DNA of 64,000 nt. It comes from Oculina patagonica (taxonomy: Eukaryota). A program made the position numbers and the translations under genes. Below are positions 48,676-62,700 of this stretch, piece by piece. The notes below the pieces were generated by a model. That model ran no database searches. It was not told where the DNA came from and saw only the letters and a program-made list of their open reading frames with translations. The stretch lies in the NCBI RefSeq assembly GCF_052425735.1, contig NC_135760.1:29512001-29576000 (forward strand). The letters run 5' to 3'. Position 1 is the stretch's first letter, and each line of letters opens with the position of its first letter.

Positions 48676-50520
48676 TTATGGGTTTACAGCATGGAAGCAC
48701 TGTTGGCAGGACCATGATCCATGATTTTCACATCTCCACACAGTAAAGTCTCGCTGAAACAAAATAAAATAACTACTTAGCATTAATTTGTCAGGAATAA
48801 AAGCAAGAGACTTTTTAATCTTTTTTTTGTACTGTTTTAAGTTCGTGGACTCTGAATGTTACTTTTCTCGTTTTAATTTTCTGATAAATGAATTGAAATA
48901 CGACTAAACAACAACCTGAAACAAAATGTTGAGAGAGATTGATGCGTGTGTAAATACTCGCCTGCGTGTTTACACAAAATCTCGAATTTTCCAAACCAAG
49001 ATGAAATAATATTTGCTCTTGCCAAAACTAGCTCCCTTGTATGTTTGTGCCATGTTTTGCAATATAAGCACGTGCGCGTTTTCTATTAATTGTACAGTCA
49101 AGTTGGTCTATATATCTACAACAGCTCTCAAGTAGGATGTAAGATTGGTCGCTAAAATAGTGATTTTTTCTTCCCTGGTAAATGCTTGGCGATTTCTCTA
49201 ACTATATCATTATTTCATGTAGCGCGCCTTATTTGAAAAAATTAAATCTTAGATCTCTTTCTTATGTTCTATTCAACAGAAGCGCACGGATAAAATACTT
49301 TTTTGGTACGTTTAACCCGAATAAAACGCCAAGTTAAAAAGTACATGCGCGATGTCTCCGCTCATGACAGCGGCTTGTCGAAACTGTTGTATTTGCTGGT
49401 TAAAATTTCTTTTGAAAATTCGAAACTCACGGGTTGAGGAACGTGGTGATTGTAGACATATCTTTCCTCTCTAACCGGTAGAGTCGCAGCTACAAATGTG
49501 TTTAGTTCAGCCAGGGGTGATACTTGACTGGCCGGGATCTGTTGCGGGGAATGGAGGTGACGTTGTTCAGGCACGGCTTGGGTTAAGAGTTGATCATCAT
49601 TGGAGCCATTTGTTGACTGGAGTTTTGCCCCAGGCTCAATAACCACGGCCCTGTAACCTGGTGGAGGAGCTGGGGCTGAATTTCTCAGCGCGAGAAGCCC
49701 ATAAGCAGCATCAATTTCTTCTTGGGAATATTTCTATTTGAAATGGAAATTAATCATCATTCTCAAACAGAGCAAATTACACTGCAACAACTTAGGAAAT
49801 ATACAACTGAAACAGCCTTTACAAACGGATGAGAGTAGCTTTCGATTAACAACCAAAAGCAATTTTATAGTGCTTTGGATGAGAAACTCTATTGTGATTG
49901 GCCAGATGTCTGGTCAGATGTGTAAACTTTGGTGTCGGTTTTTACCGCAGTCAAATTATAAAGTCTCTATTCTTTAATTAATGGTACAGCATACGGACAC
50001 TAGTACAACAGAAACTGTCCATAATGACGAAGCCTCCGTATTAAGCGGGATCCGACTGTACTTAAAAATTTAAAAGGTAAACTGGTACCGACTTCAGGGA
50101 TTACTCTCCGTCAAACAAGTGAGATAACCGTATTTTCTCAATTAAACGCCTCCAGCGTTTATTTAAAACTTAGCCTGGTGGACCCGACGTTTATTTGACT
50201 CCTGCAATTTGTTCGAGCCCGGTGTCCATTATGCAAAAGATTTAATTCGTTATTTTTTAAAAACATATATCTTGCTAATAAACCATAGCTTATTTACCTC
50301 AAACAAATATCTGAGGGGCCTAATTTCAACTCCACTTTAGAGACCCGGCGTTTATCCGTTAACCGGCGTTAAATTGAGAAAATACAGTACTCTTATACAC
50401 GCTTTTTTTAAAATAAAAATTAATCATTTCTCTGATTCTTACCTGTGTAATCACTGGATCCGGATTGTTTTCCTTTAACTGATTGGTTAAGCTTGAAGCT
50501 TTATTGCTGACAGACTCCAT
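48676..50520 (-). CDS. Uncharacterised 152-aa protein (exons 50520-50443, 49733-49431, 48753-48676)
   Basis: Three phase-0 GT-AG exons give an open frame containing EIDAAYGLLAL, PPPGY and C-terminal CENHGSWSCQQC. Confidence 0.65.
50128..50389. mobile_element. MITE
   Basis: cgtattttctcaatt.aacgcc / ggcgtt.aattgagaaaatac inverted ends. Confidence 0.65.
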
Positions 50521-52132
50521 TATTAATCTTAAAATCACACAGTAATTCGGTATCTGAAAAAAAAAAGACTTTGTTAAGTTCTTTTCTAATAACTGAACTT
50601 GCAAGATCTTAATCATAAAAACAATTAACGGTCTTTTATTAAATCAGTTTATTTTTTCGCAAACAGGGTATTTTTGCTCACCTTAAACAATGGAAATAGC
50701 CTACCGTCTGTCTACAGCTTAAGACTTCGACTTATTCTTTGGAACCATGGAAACAGTGACATCACAATGGTTTAAAATCCTATTTTCAAGAAGGCGCGCG
50801 CCAAGACAAGGCTGCGCGCGTGCTATTGCATGTGCCCGGAGGGAGTCTCCCATATCAAAGAGTCGGGGATATTCGAATGAAAATTGCAATTAAACCAATC
50901 GAGGAGACTAATCTGGGCGTGGCTCAACCTTTTGTGCCCCTAAAAGACACATTTTTTTTCTTCACGTTGTGCGCACGATAGTAAAAAAATATCCCATGAG
51001 AATTTTAAAAAGACAAAGCCATGTTGTTGCTGGAAATAGTCTTTCATTTTATTTGCGCAAAACGAAAGATTTCCGCAAAGCGATTCACTTCGAAAGCTTA
51101 CACGACTCCTACGTTCACGACATCTGTACATTTGCCGTTTGCTATAGTCTTCCGAATTATTTTACTTAATTATTACTTGTTTTTGAAAGCCGACACTACG
51201 TGTTGTACTTCTAGCAGGCGTTTGACATGTTTGAAGATGAATAGAACAGCAAGTTTGTGGCTTTCGGTTTGCTTGTTTCATGTTTGTAGATTTTGGCACC
51301 TCTGAAGCTTGTTTTGTGTTTTGCTCCTGCAGTTTGTTTTTGCTCATTTCTGTTTGAAAGATATGTTTGAAGCTCTCAAAATTTTTGCTTTGGAAGGACA
51401 AGGTCTGAAACTTTGCGTGGGTTACTGATTACTTGCATTTAAAATTTGTGACGGCGTGCCCGGCTATTTACTTCATTCTGTTGCAAGATGCGTTATATCT
51501 TATTACGGATGGCATATTTATTTCGAGAAAGGTACAGGTTTTGTTCTAGAGAGATTTCTGTGCCGTGTAACACGTAAAGCTTCTGTTTCCTGCATTTCCC
51601 GTGTTCGTAGGAAAGAAACGCGTGACGAGCCCAAAGAACGTCTGCGTAGAACGCTACCCCTATGAAATAACTTCTCAGGTGGACGAGGTATTGTTGTCAT
51701 GTATCAACAGTCTGCCCAACGGTCTATTCCGAAACCTCAAAAATTAACTCTTCTTGTGAATACGCCGTTTCACAAACGTATGGATTAACGAATTTTTCGC
51801 AAAGCTTGAAAATTTGTTTCAAGAATATATTTAACTTACAAAATACAGTTGAGGTAATAAAAAGCAACCTTACTTAATTAATCAAGATGTTGACTTTCAC
51901 TGGTTTCTGCCACTTCGCTCCTTTACCGCGAAGACTCGCTCGTCACGCCCGCGCGCGGAGTCGCGCACTTAGCAGCAGCAACTTTGCAGGCAAAGCGACG
52001 GCGCATAAAGCAGTCAGCGGTTCAACTTATGAGAGTTGTTTTCAAGATGGCGGCTATGGCGACAGCTTCGGGAACTAACTTTTTAAAAAATTTTTGCCAT
52101 TTGAAGTCAGAATTTGTCTTGTAACTGTTGAA

Positions 52133-55100
52133 ATGATGAAAAATATCCCGTTTTTCGTTGCATTAGCATTTGTGTCGCAGTATTTCTTATGTCCGGCTGA
52201 TGGAGGTAAGTCGAGTTATTTTCTTCCTTCCTGTCCTATCTCGTTTTCCGTTCGATTTTGGTATTTTTGGTTCTTAACTTCTTGGAACAGAAAAGAAAAC
52301 TAAGGAAGTTAACATTTAATATAGCGTTAAGTAAAATTTAGCAAATTTAAATTACGTGTGTTCAAATCACAAAAGCCAATAACCCTTTTTGTTTTATTCT
52401 TGCAACTCTAGTGGAAGTCAATATCAACTTTGCAGATTTCAAGGGAGGTATACTAACTGTTACAAAAAATCAGGAGCAAGGACAGATACAAGTTAATCTA
52501 ACAGAAGCAGTGAGCTCTGCACCAGTAAGATTAACAGTTTTTCTAAACATACTGTGCAATGTCTTCATAACACTTGTTTTATCCTGCACACAATCAGGAC
52601 TAAACTTAAAGTGTATTTTTATTTTTCTGTGAGGCCATCCCAATAAAATGTTTCGTTTCCCATCGCCCCATCTCTTGTGATGGTGGGTCGGTCGGTGGGG
52701 CAAAAAAAAAAAAGAATGAACACTTGAAGGGTTTGGGTTCAAGAGAAGGCTGGGCTGCTATGTAAGAACGCCTGATTACAAAGTCAAGTCGAAAACGTGG
52801 ACTTTTCATTCGTTATTCCTTATCAGATGTCTAAATAGTCTTTAATAACGTAGTATCAATGTTAATTAAAGACAAAGACATCACATTATACCAACTGTTG
52901 TTAATAAAACAAGATCGTGTGCATGTAAATTAAAGTACTTGCCTCTTTCACCAGTGAATCTGGATTTTTCTTTTTTACTTTTCAAAAAAAACGGGTCGGT
53001 CGGGCCATGGGAAACGAAACATTTTATTGGGATGGCCTGAGCAGTGTGTTGGATATGTGCCCGGTTGGGGGGGGGGGGGGGGGGGGTAACCCTGAACCTG
53101 TTTAGGACAATAAAAACTTACAATACCTACCCTGTGTAAGACAACACCACCTATTTTAAGACCCTACTTAGGACAAAGGACAACAACGACAATCATTAAC
53201 ACTTTATTGTGATTGCGCCCTGTACGCAATGTGCGAAGCATTGAAATGTGAACACCGATCCCACCTAATAAGTGAAAACAATGTAAATACTCGACGACAG
53301 TCTTGCCGCCATACCCTGTCTAGGACAGGTACAACCCCTGTTTAGGACAGAGGAGCTTGGAATTACCTATACTCTATCTATCGGCACATCCCCGTATAGG
53401 CCATATAGGGGAGTGCCCGCCCCCTGGGATAGGTGATGGTTGATAGGCAATGAGGTGCACAGTACCTTGAGTGTCTTTCCTGAGAAGACAACACAGTGAC
53501 CCTATGCACAGCTTTTTGAACTCAGATCTCTTGGTCTGGTGCCCAATGTGTTAGCCATTAGATCATCAAACCTCACATTGTAAGATATAGTTCATCCTTG
53601 GATTACTATCCTATTTAGCAGTATGTGTGTATGTTTTTGTTTCTACTCAGATGAAAGTGGCTTTAAATAGACATATTATCAAGTTTTACTTTGTATGATG
53701 AAACTTAGCCAGGAATGTACATAATTTATCTTAATTGCCTGCCCATTATTTTATAACAAATCTGTTTTTAGGTCACAGTTGTTTGCAGTGCTTTGGAGGC
53801 TGGCCCTGGCTTGACAAGTGTAGAGTTTAGAAATTCCTCAGCTCCTGTTGGTGCAACACAGGTGGATGTCATCTTCAGGTATATAACTTTTTTTAAATTT
53901 TAATACAAACATTATTTAAAATAAAAAAAATAAAAAATAAAATCATATAACTACTGCAGATCATAGCCACAGTCATAGTCACTTTCACGCAAAACATGCT
54001 AAGAAGTAATGCTGAATAGACGGAAGTTATACTATTTACATCCCGGTTCACCAAGACACCCAACATCGAGAAGCTCTCATTTGACAATACCGTTATTGAA
54101 CTAACTGAGAGAGTTCGTGATCTTGGTGTTAGATAAAATCTATCACTAACGTATCACATAAATGAGACATGTAAGAAAGCAACAAACTCCATCAGGTCCA
54201 TAGGACGCATTCGCAAATACCTCACCAAGGAAAATCTCAAGCTGTTAGTTAATGCACTGGTAATATCGCGCCTGGACTACTGTAATAGTATCCTTTATGG
54301 TCTGCCAAAACAGGAACTGGATAAACTTCAAAGAATTTAAAACACTGCCGCACGTCTTATCACTGAAACTAAACACTACGATCACATTAAACCTGCCCTT
54401 TGAGAACTACACTGGCTACCTGTTGAATCACGTGTTATATTTAAACTTCTACTCATCACTTTTAAAATTATTCATGGACTCTGCCCGGCCTACTTGTCGC
54501 CCCTCCTACAACAATATCGCCCGCAACGGAACTTACGCTCATCTTCTAAAACTACTTTTTACTGTCCCTACTGTGAACTCTATGACATACGGTGAACGTG
54601 CCTTCTCTTTGAGCTGCACCTATACTATGGAACAGCCTACTGGACTCTCTCAAAAATGCACCATCTCTTTCGACTTTTAAATCTGCACTTAAAACATTTT
54701 TGTTTCGGAAATTTTATTGTTGATCTATTTTTATTGGGCTAACCTAGTTTTATGTACCGGTAACCTTAATTTTTTTTTCCCTTTGATTAGTTGTTTCACT
54801 TATTTTATTTTTTAGTGTCTTAGAAAAATTATAACATTATATTAGTCTTAGCTAATTTTTTAATAGAGAAATGTAAGCGCATTGAGTTTTTTAAATGCAT
54901 CCAAAAAACCTTATTATTATTATTATTATTATTATTGATTCAGAGTCCAATACTCCAACTAAACTGAAAAGGATGATGCTAAATATTGAAGAGGCATACT
55001 TTCACACTACAATGTATTTTGCAACACAGTGTATTTACTACTTTGTGTGAAATCCACCATCCCCCCCAAAAATGGAAACTGGTAAATACTTAGAGGTTAA

Positions 55101-58100
55101 ACAGAAACCCTGTAATTTGTCCATAAGCAAAGTATGGAGAGTATGTGTGATTGGTAAGTGGCATGTGCAACTAGCAACACCAAAAACAAGCGAAATGCAA
55201 ATGCAAAGCTAACCATGGTAACCTCCCTGGCATGTGTTTTAACTTACCAGGTAAGGAGATCCCTGGTGAATCCAGAGGTGGGATGAGAGGGGTAAAAGAA
55301 GGGCAAAGAACTAGCCAGGGAACCACAAAGGCTAAACTAGCTCTCTTAAAAGTGAATGAACTGCACATATGCTAGAATGCTATCTGCTGACCAACAGCCA
55401 AACCCCCAGTTAACTATGATCAGGGATGTAGCTAAGAAATCACTAAGCTGGCTCATTAACAAGCCCAGCTACAGCACGTCCAGAATGCCGCCGCTCGTCT
55501 CATCACCTTCTCAAGAAAACACGAACACATTACACCTATTTTGTTAAATCTCCACTGGCTTCCAGTTAATTATTGCATCATCTTTAAAATTCTACTCATC
55601 ACGTACAAGCCTCTAAACGATCTGGTACCTTCATACGTTCGCGATCTTCTTACCCCTTACACTCCACCTCGTCAGCTACGTTCATCTTCTAAAGACCTTC
55701 TTTCTATTCCGTATTTCAATTTGAAAACATATGGTGCAAGATCTTTCTCCATAGCAGCTCCTACACTCTGCCTTCTGACGCCAAGAACAGCTCCTCAGTG
55801 TCCCTTTTTAAACATAAACTTTAAACTTTCCTTTTTAAAAAAACATTTTTATAACTTTTTTAGCGACATTTTTTTTATTAGTCTTAAGATTTTAAGCATT
55901 TTAGTAACTTTTTTACTATTTTTATATTTATTTTTTTAATAGTGTTTTAAATATTTTTAACGTTACTTCTGTATTTAGCGCTTTTGGACTTTTAGGATAT
56001 TGGCGCTATACAAATTTTTTTATTATTATTATTTATTATTATTATTGTTTTCATGTGAAACTTTAGCCGGACTTAAGTTCTCTTTCAGCTGGTGAAATTA
56101 GTCGGCAGCTGGCCCTTAGCGACATCCCTGTATGATTATAAATAAGCTAAGCATACATTTACACAATGTTGTTAGTATAGGGACAAATTTCACAAACACT
56201 ATGGCTTTTCTGTCTGCCTGAAGGGTGTGTTGGGTTTTCCAAGCTTAAGGTCAATATTGTTAAATGTACAGAAGTACATTATGGACCAATCAATATCACA
56301 AATTAAAATTGAAAAAATGGACCATGACTATAAACAATCTTAATTATTTAATAGTGCCTGTTCAAACAAGTGTTGCTCTTCACAGGATCACAAATGAGAT
56401 AAACACATTTGCCAATTTCTTACAATGTGGGTGTTTCTAAGTAGTTATCAGTGATTTGGTGTCATCCGTTTACATCTATCTTGTATGTTCATCTTTTGGC
56501 AGGATCATCTCAGCTGGTAGGGCTGTTACAATCCAGTGTTCAGGCCAGAGTGATGGCAACAACAAACAGTTCACATTTTCTGGATCAAAGGGAAACATTG
56601 GGTAATATTTAGATTTGTTTTTACTTCAATTGAGAATTGAATTTTTGAGCTAAGTACTGATAAACTATATGGTGGCTTGCAAGTCGAAAAGCCTTTGATT
56701 TGTTTTTAGTTCCAGTATTGGTTTATACATTTTTTTTTTTGAAATAAATCAGCATAATTTGTTGATTTTGACAGAAATCAGTAATATTTGCAATCAAGGT
56801 TGTTATCCACAGTAGCATACCATAATTCTCACACATTACTCCATTGTTTGATTGATCATACTTGCATTTTAGGTCATTGCATGTAACTAAAGCACCAACT
56901 CTTCATGTATGCCCAGATGTTGTTTTGCTTCACAAGTATCTTCCCAAATCAACTTTTCAAGTACAATTCAGGTGAAGATAGCAATACACTTTGTAGTTAT
57001 AAATGTTAAAGTACATGAGGCTACCATAGTTTCACGAAGTTTTATTTGACACTTGCGTTTTAGCTATATTTAGTTCTAAATATTTTGACACCCTCCAAGT
57101 TAAGACAATTTTAGTCGCCATGGCGACTAAAATTTTGGAGCTGGCAACTAAATTGGAACCAAAGTCACCAGACTGGTGACCAAAATAATTGAGAAGAAGG
57201 ATTGAAAGCGTGAGCTTAATTTAGTGACTAAATTTTTTACTGGCAACCAACTTGAGCAGTTGGTGGCCAAATGGCCACTAACGAAAAAATAAACTTGGAG
57301 GGTTGTAGAATGTTATTTGTCTTAGGTAAATAAATAGCGCAGTTTCATACTCTGGAAGTCTGATGTTCCTCTGCATTATTTTCTAGCAGGGACTAAAAGA
57401 GAGTGAAACCTTTGCATGAAACTGCTTGATTTCCCATTAAGATCACACTTTTCCCATGCCATGACGAAGAATAATGATGTAATTCATTTTGGACTGTCAA
57501 AATGTTAGCAACATTGTCTGTGGATGATAGAATGAGCAGCATAGAAGATATAGCAGAAGTTTATCTGTCATTTGCTTGCTGCGTTAAGATTCCTAGGTAT
57601 CTCCCAGAATCATTATGGGGAAAAAATTTGTGTCAAATTGTGTGCCACTGACTGGGGTTTGGTCTAGTCTGTGATGTAGTTTTTTTTATTAGCCTTTGAA
57701 ATGGCCTGGTTATCCTGTGTTGATTTCTGTAAGAATAAATTATGAACTATACCAAACAAAAGTAAGCACTTAACCAAACAAAATAATGCAACAAAAAGCT
57801 GTTTAGAATTTTGTTGTTGGTTTAAATCAGTTGTTATTAAAATTGATTTAACTTAATGGGTATATAAATTGAAGAAATGATCCTCGCAGTGAATTGCAAT
57901 AACAGAAATTGCAAGGAAAGAAATCAGAAAAAATTCTGGCCTCAACGGGATTTGAACCCGTGACCTCTGCGATCCTGGTGCGATGCTCTACCAACTGAGC
58001 TATTGAAGCTACACATTAGTAGGAAGGTTTGGTTTGAAAAATCAATCATTCAATTCATTGATGTTAACCTTATTTAATCGTCATAGAGTAACAGTCTACA

Positions 58101-58317
58101 TCCAAATCTTGTGGACACCACACTGTCATCACGTTTTTTTTTTACCAAAATATAATTTATAATTTTAAAAAATTCAATTTTGTTTGATCCACAGTGAGAG
58201 GATAAAAGATTTGCCTGTTGTTATTAAATGCTCTACTGTTGAGTCAGTTGGTTAGTAGACTTAGCAAAATGCGAATGCACTATTGTTTTTTTTTTGCAAA
58301 GTACTTTTATTCACATT

Positions 58318-58356
<39 letters not shown>

Positions 58357-59716
58357 CAAATGTTTATATTATTATTTTAACAATTAGCGTGAAACTACTT
58401 AACAATAAGACAACTAGTAAGAATAATAGACAACAGAATCAACAATCAAACATCTTACTAATGATAAATTACACTGCCAACATCAATACTTTAACAATAA
58501 TGCTACTAACAATAGCATAGCTATAAGAATGCTTGCAAAACTTAACATGTACAGAGCGTTGTGTCATTTGGTTAGTGAATGACTATTGCTTTGTAGTTAA
58601 TTTATTTGTTGCCACATGGGTTTTTTATTTTTTAAGGGCTTTTGAAGTGGCGTGGATGGGAGGATATGGTGGGGTAATTGCATGGCTCACTGAAAGTCAT
58701 ACTATAAGTGCTTTGTTTTGTTATCACATTTAAAGTAAGAACAACAATTAATTAAAACAAGAGCAGTTTTTAATTGAGTGTTGCAAAACCAAAACCAAAG
58801 TAATCACTATGACAAACAACAAAGGGTACAGCATGGGAAAATGTGCATAAGCGAGTCACAGTCACGGTTGGTTTTGGTTTTACTTCTGATTGGATGGGAA
58901 ATAATGGTGCAAGTTTATAAATCAACTGCTGAGCAAAGTAATGCAAAACTAAAGCAAAAAAATTCTTTAGTGTTTTTGTGTTTTTGCTTTATTGTTCTAA
59001 ACTAGGGCTTTGTTAGTGATCTCAATTTGGTTTCCTTGACTAATTAAAAGTGTCTATATCCTTGAAGACAGAGCTTAAGTGGTTCCTATTCCAGTTGTGA
59101 ATAGTTAATTTAACAGAGAGGGAGGGAGGGGGGCAGGGGGTGAAAGAAAGTGAACATAGAGAGGGGTGTTGATTATCCAAGGCAGGTTTTGTGGGGTGGA
59201 TGGAACAATTACTTGAGGTTTTCGATTATCTTAAATAATTATTTCACCAAAGAGGGGAAATTCATTGACAGACGTCTATTATTCAAGGAAATACACTAAC
59301 AGTATGTGTGATTGTTTGTCTTCATAGGTGATCCATCAGTGTTACAGTTAAACTTCCCAGAAACAAGGGTTGGTGTTGATGCTGTTACAGCTCAGGTATT
59401 AAATTTACATGGAGCTCACCTCTTCCTTATTATTTGCCTTTTGGGTGGAGTACCACCCTACCATGAACTGTACAGAGTATTGATTACATTAATAAGTGAT
59501 GTGATTATCTGGAAACCTTATGAAGTGTTTGTTTAGTGTTCAACTTTGTAACTAACCTTTATTGTCAGCAGTAGTCCCATTGTTACTTTAGAGACACAGG
59601 CAAGCAATAGTCAATATTATAATTTATATGTACCGGTATGCAGTTTCATGCATGTACCGGTAGTTAGAATTAGTTGGTATGTAGTTAGTCAGAATACATA
59701 TGTAGTTCAATCAATG

Positions 59717-59775
<59 letters not shown>

Positions 59776-62700
59776 CTTTATTTATCGAGGGTGACACATA
59801 ATAGTTTGTCAACTACCGGTAATAAATTTAGATTTGAGATCCATTAAGAGTGTAAAAGACTGCTTGGTTAGAGCGATAAAAGTGATTCCTGACAAATTTC
59901 TCGGCTGCAGAATGCTTTGGGAGGGCTGCTGAAAAAAAAAAAAAAAGAATTCCAGAGAGGTGCAAGTAAACCCATGATAATAATAGTATCCCCCTCCCCC
60001 ACAAAAATCTCTTTCATCAAATTAGTTATAAAAAAGATAATGATTGAGTTCAACATTGTAAAGGAGCTTGTTAACCCCCTAAAATACCTCCTAACATGGA
60101 AATGTGGCCAAATACTATGCCAGTTCATTTACCCAAAGCTATTGCCTTAATCTCCCTATTACTTTTTTCCATGAGTGCCTCCACCCCAGCATAGCAGCCT
60201 GTGAACAGTGACCATTATCTCTTTCCTTGTTAAAGGTTCCTTATGAGATAGTGTCTGTTGGTGGTCCTGTGCAAGTGATATGCAGAGCACAGTCCACCAA
60301 TGTAACAGTGTTTCCAGAGTCCTCCTCATCTACAAAGTTGTCCCCAAGTTCAACTCAAGTCATTTTAACTCAAGTCACAAACAGTGTTAATCAGAGTACT
60401 GTGACAGCAGCATCTGTGACGAGTGTGCTGGCAGCCACTACATCTGTCACTAGGAAGAGACGGAAAAGAAGTGTTGGCCTTCTCTCTGCTAACAGGACTG
60501 TACTTCAGTATTGGTTCAACAATTCTGCAGGTAATTACACTGTATATTTTAAAATTATCTAGGTAGCTCTACGTACTTACTTGGCTGTGTAAGACGCATT
60601 GCATTTTGCGACTCACATACATACTCAGCTACAGGTCACCGAAATCTATTACTATTTAGCGAGGCAAACACTGATACAAGCTTCTGTTAGGGTCTCGCCT
60701 TTTTTTCGTGAAATTTGAATGCTGTTTTACTGACAAGGAAAATGTACTGGAATCTTTTGGAAGAAGAACAAATTGCAAAAGCATGAAGAATGTGTTTGCA
60801 TAAACCCTCAGTTTTTTACCTTTTACAATTTTCATTTGCACGAATTCTGTATGTCGTGAGAGTTAGACAGCACACTTCACTAAACGGAAAATTGGGAAAA
60901 ACTAAAGCAATGGAAAAACCTGGCAGGCTACTTTAAGGTTTAGGTAGGTTTGGGAGGGCCAAACCAAAACCCTTTTTCTTGAAATCAGTGAAACCAACAT
61001 TTCGTAGTACAAACAGGTCATAACAAAGTACAAAGTTGAAGGATAATAATGGTTAAGATACTGTGCACAAATAATATGCATTTAATCAATAATATTTAGA
61101 ATTTGCTTCCAATTGAATTTATTTTGTGTGTGATTTGGCAGCTGAACTTTTTAAGTTCCTACCTCTAATACTGTGTTTTTGTATTGAAACAGTTCTTTCT
61201 CTTTGAATGTGCATAATTTTAGTATTGGCGCGTTCTAAATATTTCGGAGAAACGGTTGAAAGATTTAATACAATAGTTGGCACTCATGTTCTGCATCATT
61301 TCTTAGCTGCTTTTAAAATGAAGTCTGTTTTTACTGAAAATCTGTCAAAGTGTAATTTGAAGTATCTGAATTGGTCTCTTTTGCGTAATGCTTACTATTA
61401 GCGACGAGAGAGAAAAGATATAATTATTGGATTTCAAGTATTTGTCATTTCTGACTTGCAACCAAGAGTTGTGTTTGACTTTAACTTAAATAGTTTAACA
61501 ATAAGCAAAATATGCACTTTAAATATAAAATACAGGATTATTTACAGATATTTATAAGGATAAAAAGGCAAAATTGTAGGTGCTGGGGGTAGCCAAAAAC
61601 AGGAGTTTAATGCCCTTAATGATTGGCCAGCAACAAACGAAAATAAATGGTTAATAAACAAAAAAAGAATAAGGCTTGTTTTGTTTACTGGTGTGTTCAT
61701 AATTTGCCGCTTGGTGCAAGCTGTTTGACAATTTGACCTCTTTTTTGTTTCGATTTGCTCCTTGTTTGAATAAGCTTATTTTGCATGCTAATCGGTCTTG
61801 TGTTTGTTCGATAGAGCGAGTTAAAGAATCGAGAGCTTTTGATGGGTAAGGAATTCTTGGCACCAGAAACTTCGTCTGATTAACATGCACAGATTTTAAT
61901 AATAAGTGCTTGAATTTGAGCGTTCAACTGTGTTCACATCTAAAAACGTTAACACTATGATACTCTACTTGGAGTTGCTGTTTGAGCTTGTTCTTATTCT
62001 GAGTTTTAATGAACAATTTTCAGGTAAGATCCGACAAACATTTGCATTATTGTAAGCAAAGCTCAAATCACTTCAAGCTCGACGCTGTAATGGAGCAATA
62101 CGTTATTTGACTTGATACGGATCTGTTGACCAGTTGACAGCTTATTCCGCCATTTTGAATGGTGTAAAGTTCGATTCCCAAAATATTTTACGTTTATCGA
62201 TGATAGCAGACTTTTTTTTACCGATAAATTGAATGCATGTTGGTGTGTAATCCACCCCGGGGGGAGTGCTCCTGGCTATGTGCAGTCCCACAGGGTATGT
62301 TTTTTTTGAGGCGATTTGGTCTGTATCAGGGTATGGTTTGTGAGGTGATGGTGATAGGGATGGTGTGAGGTGATGGGAGGTGGTGGAGGTGAGGATCAGG
62401 GTATGGTGTGAGGTGAGGGTCAGGGTATGGTTTTGTGAGGTGATTTGGTCTGTATCAGGGTATGGTTTGTGCACTCTGGTCAGCAATTAGGTTTAATTTT
62501 TAGACAAATAGTTTTATGAAGCCCTTCCTTGTATTTGTTAACACAAACCGAAATAGTTTCTGGGTAGGGTCTGGGCAGAAAAAAGGATATCGAGTTTTGG
62601 GTCAGGTCTGAAAAAGGAAAGGAAAATCGCAGATTTTTGTCTGAAATAGCGTAAAGGTTTTAGGAAGCGCGCCGCACACCCCTACCCAAATATTTGGAAA

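Noticed and set aside
57935-58005. tRNA gene
   Set aside because: A and B boxes are present, but the sequence runs into a SINE body without a proper acceptor stem
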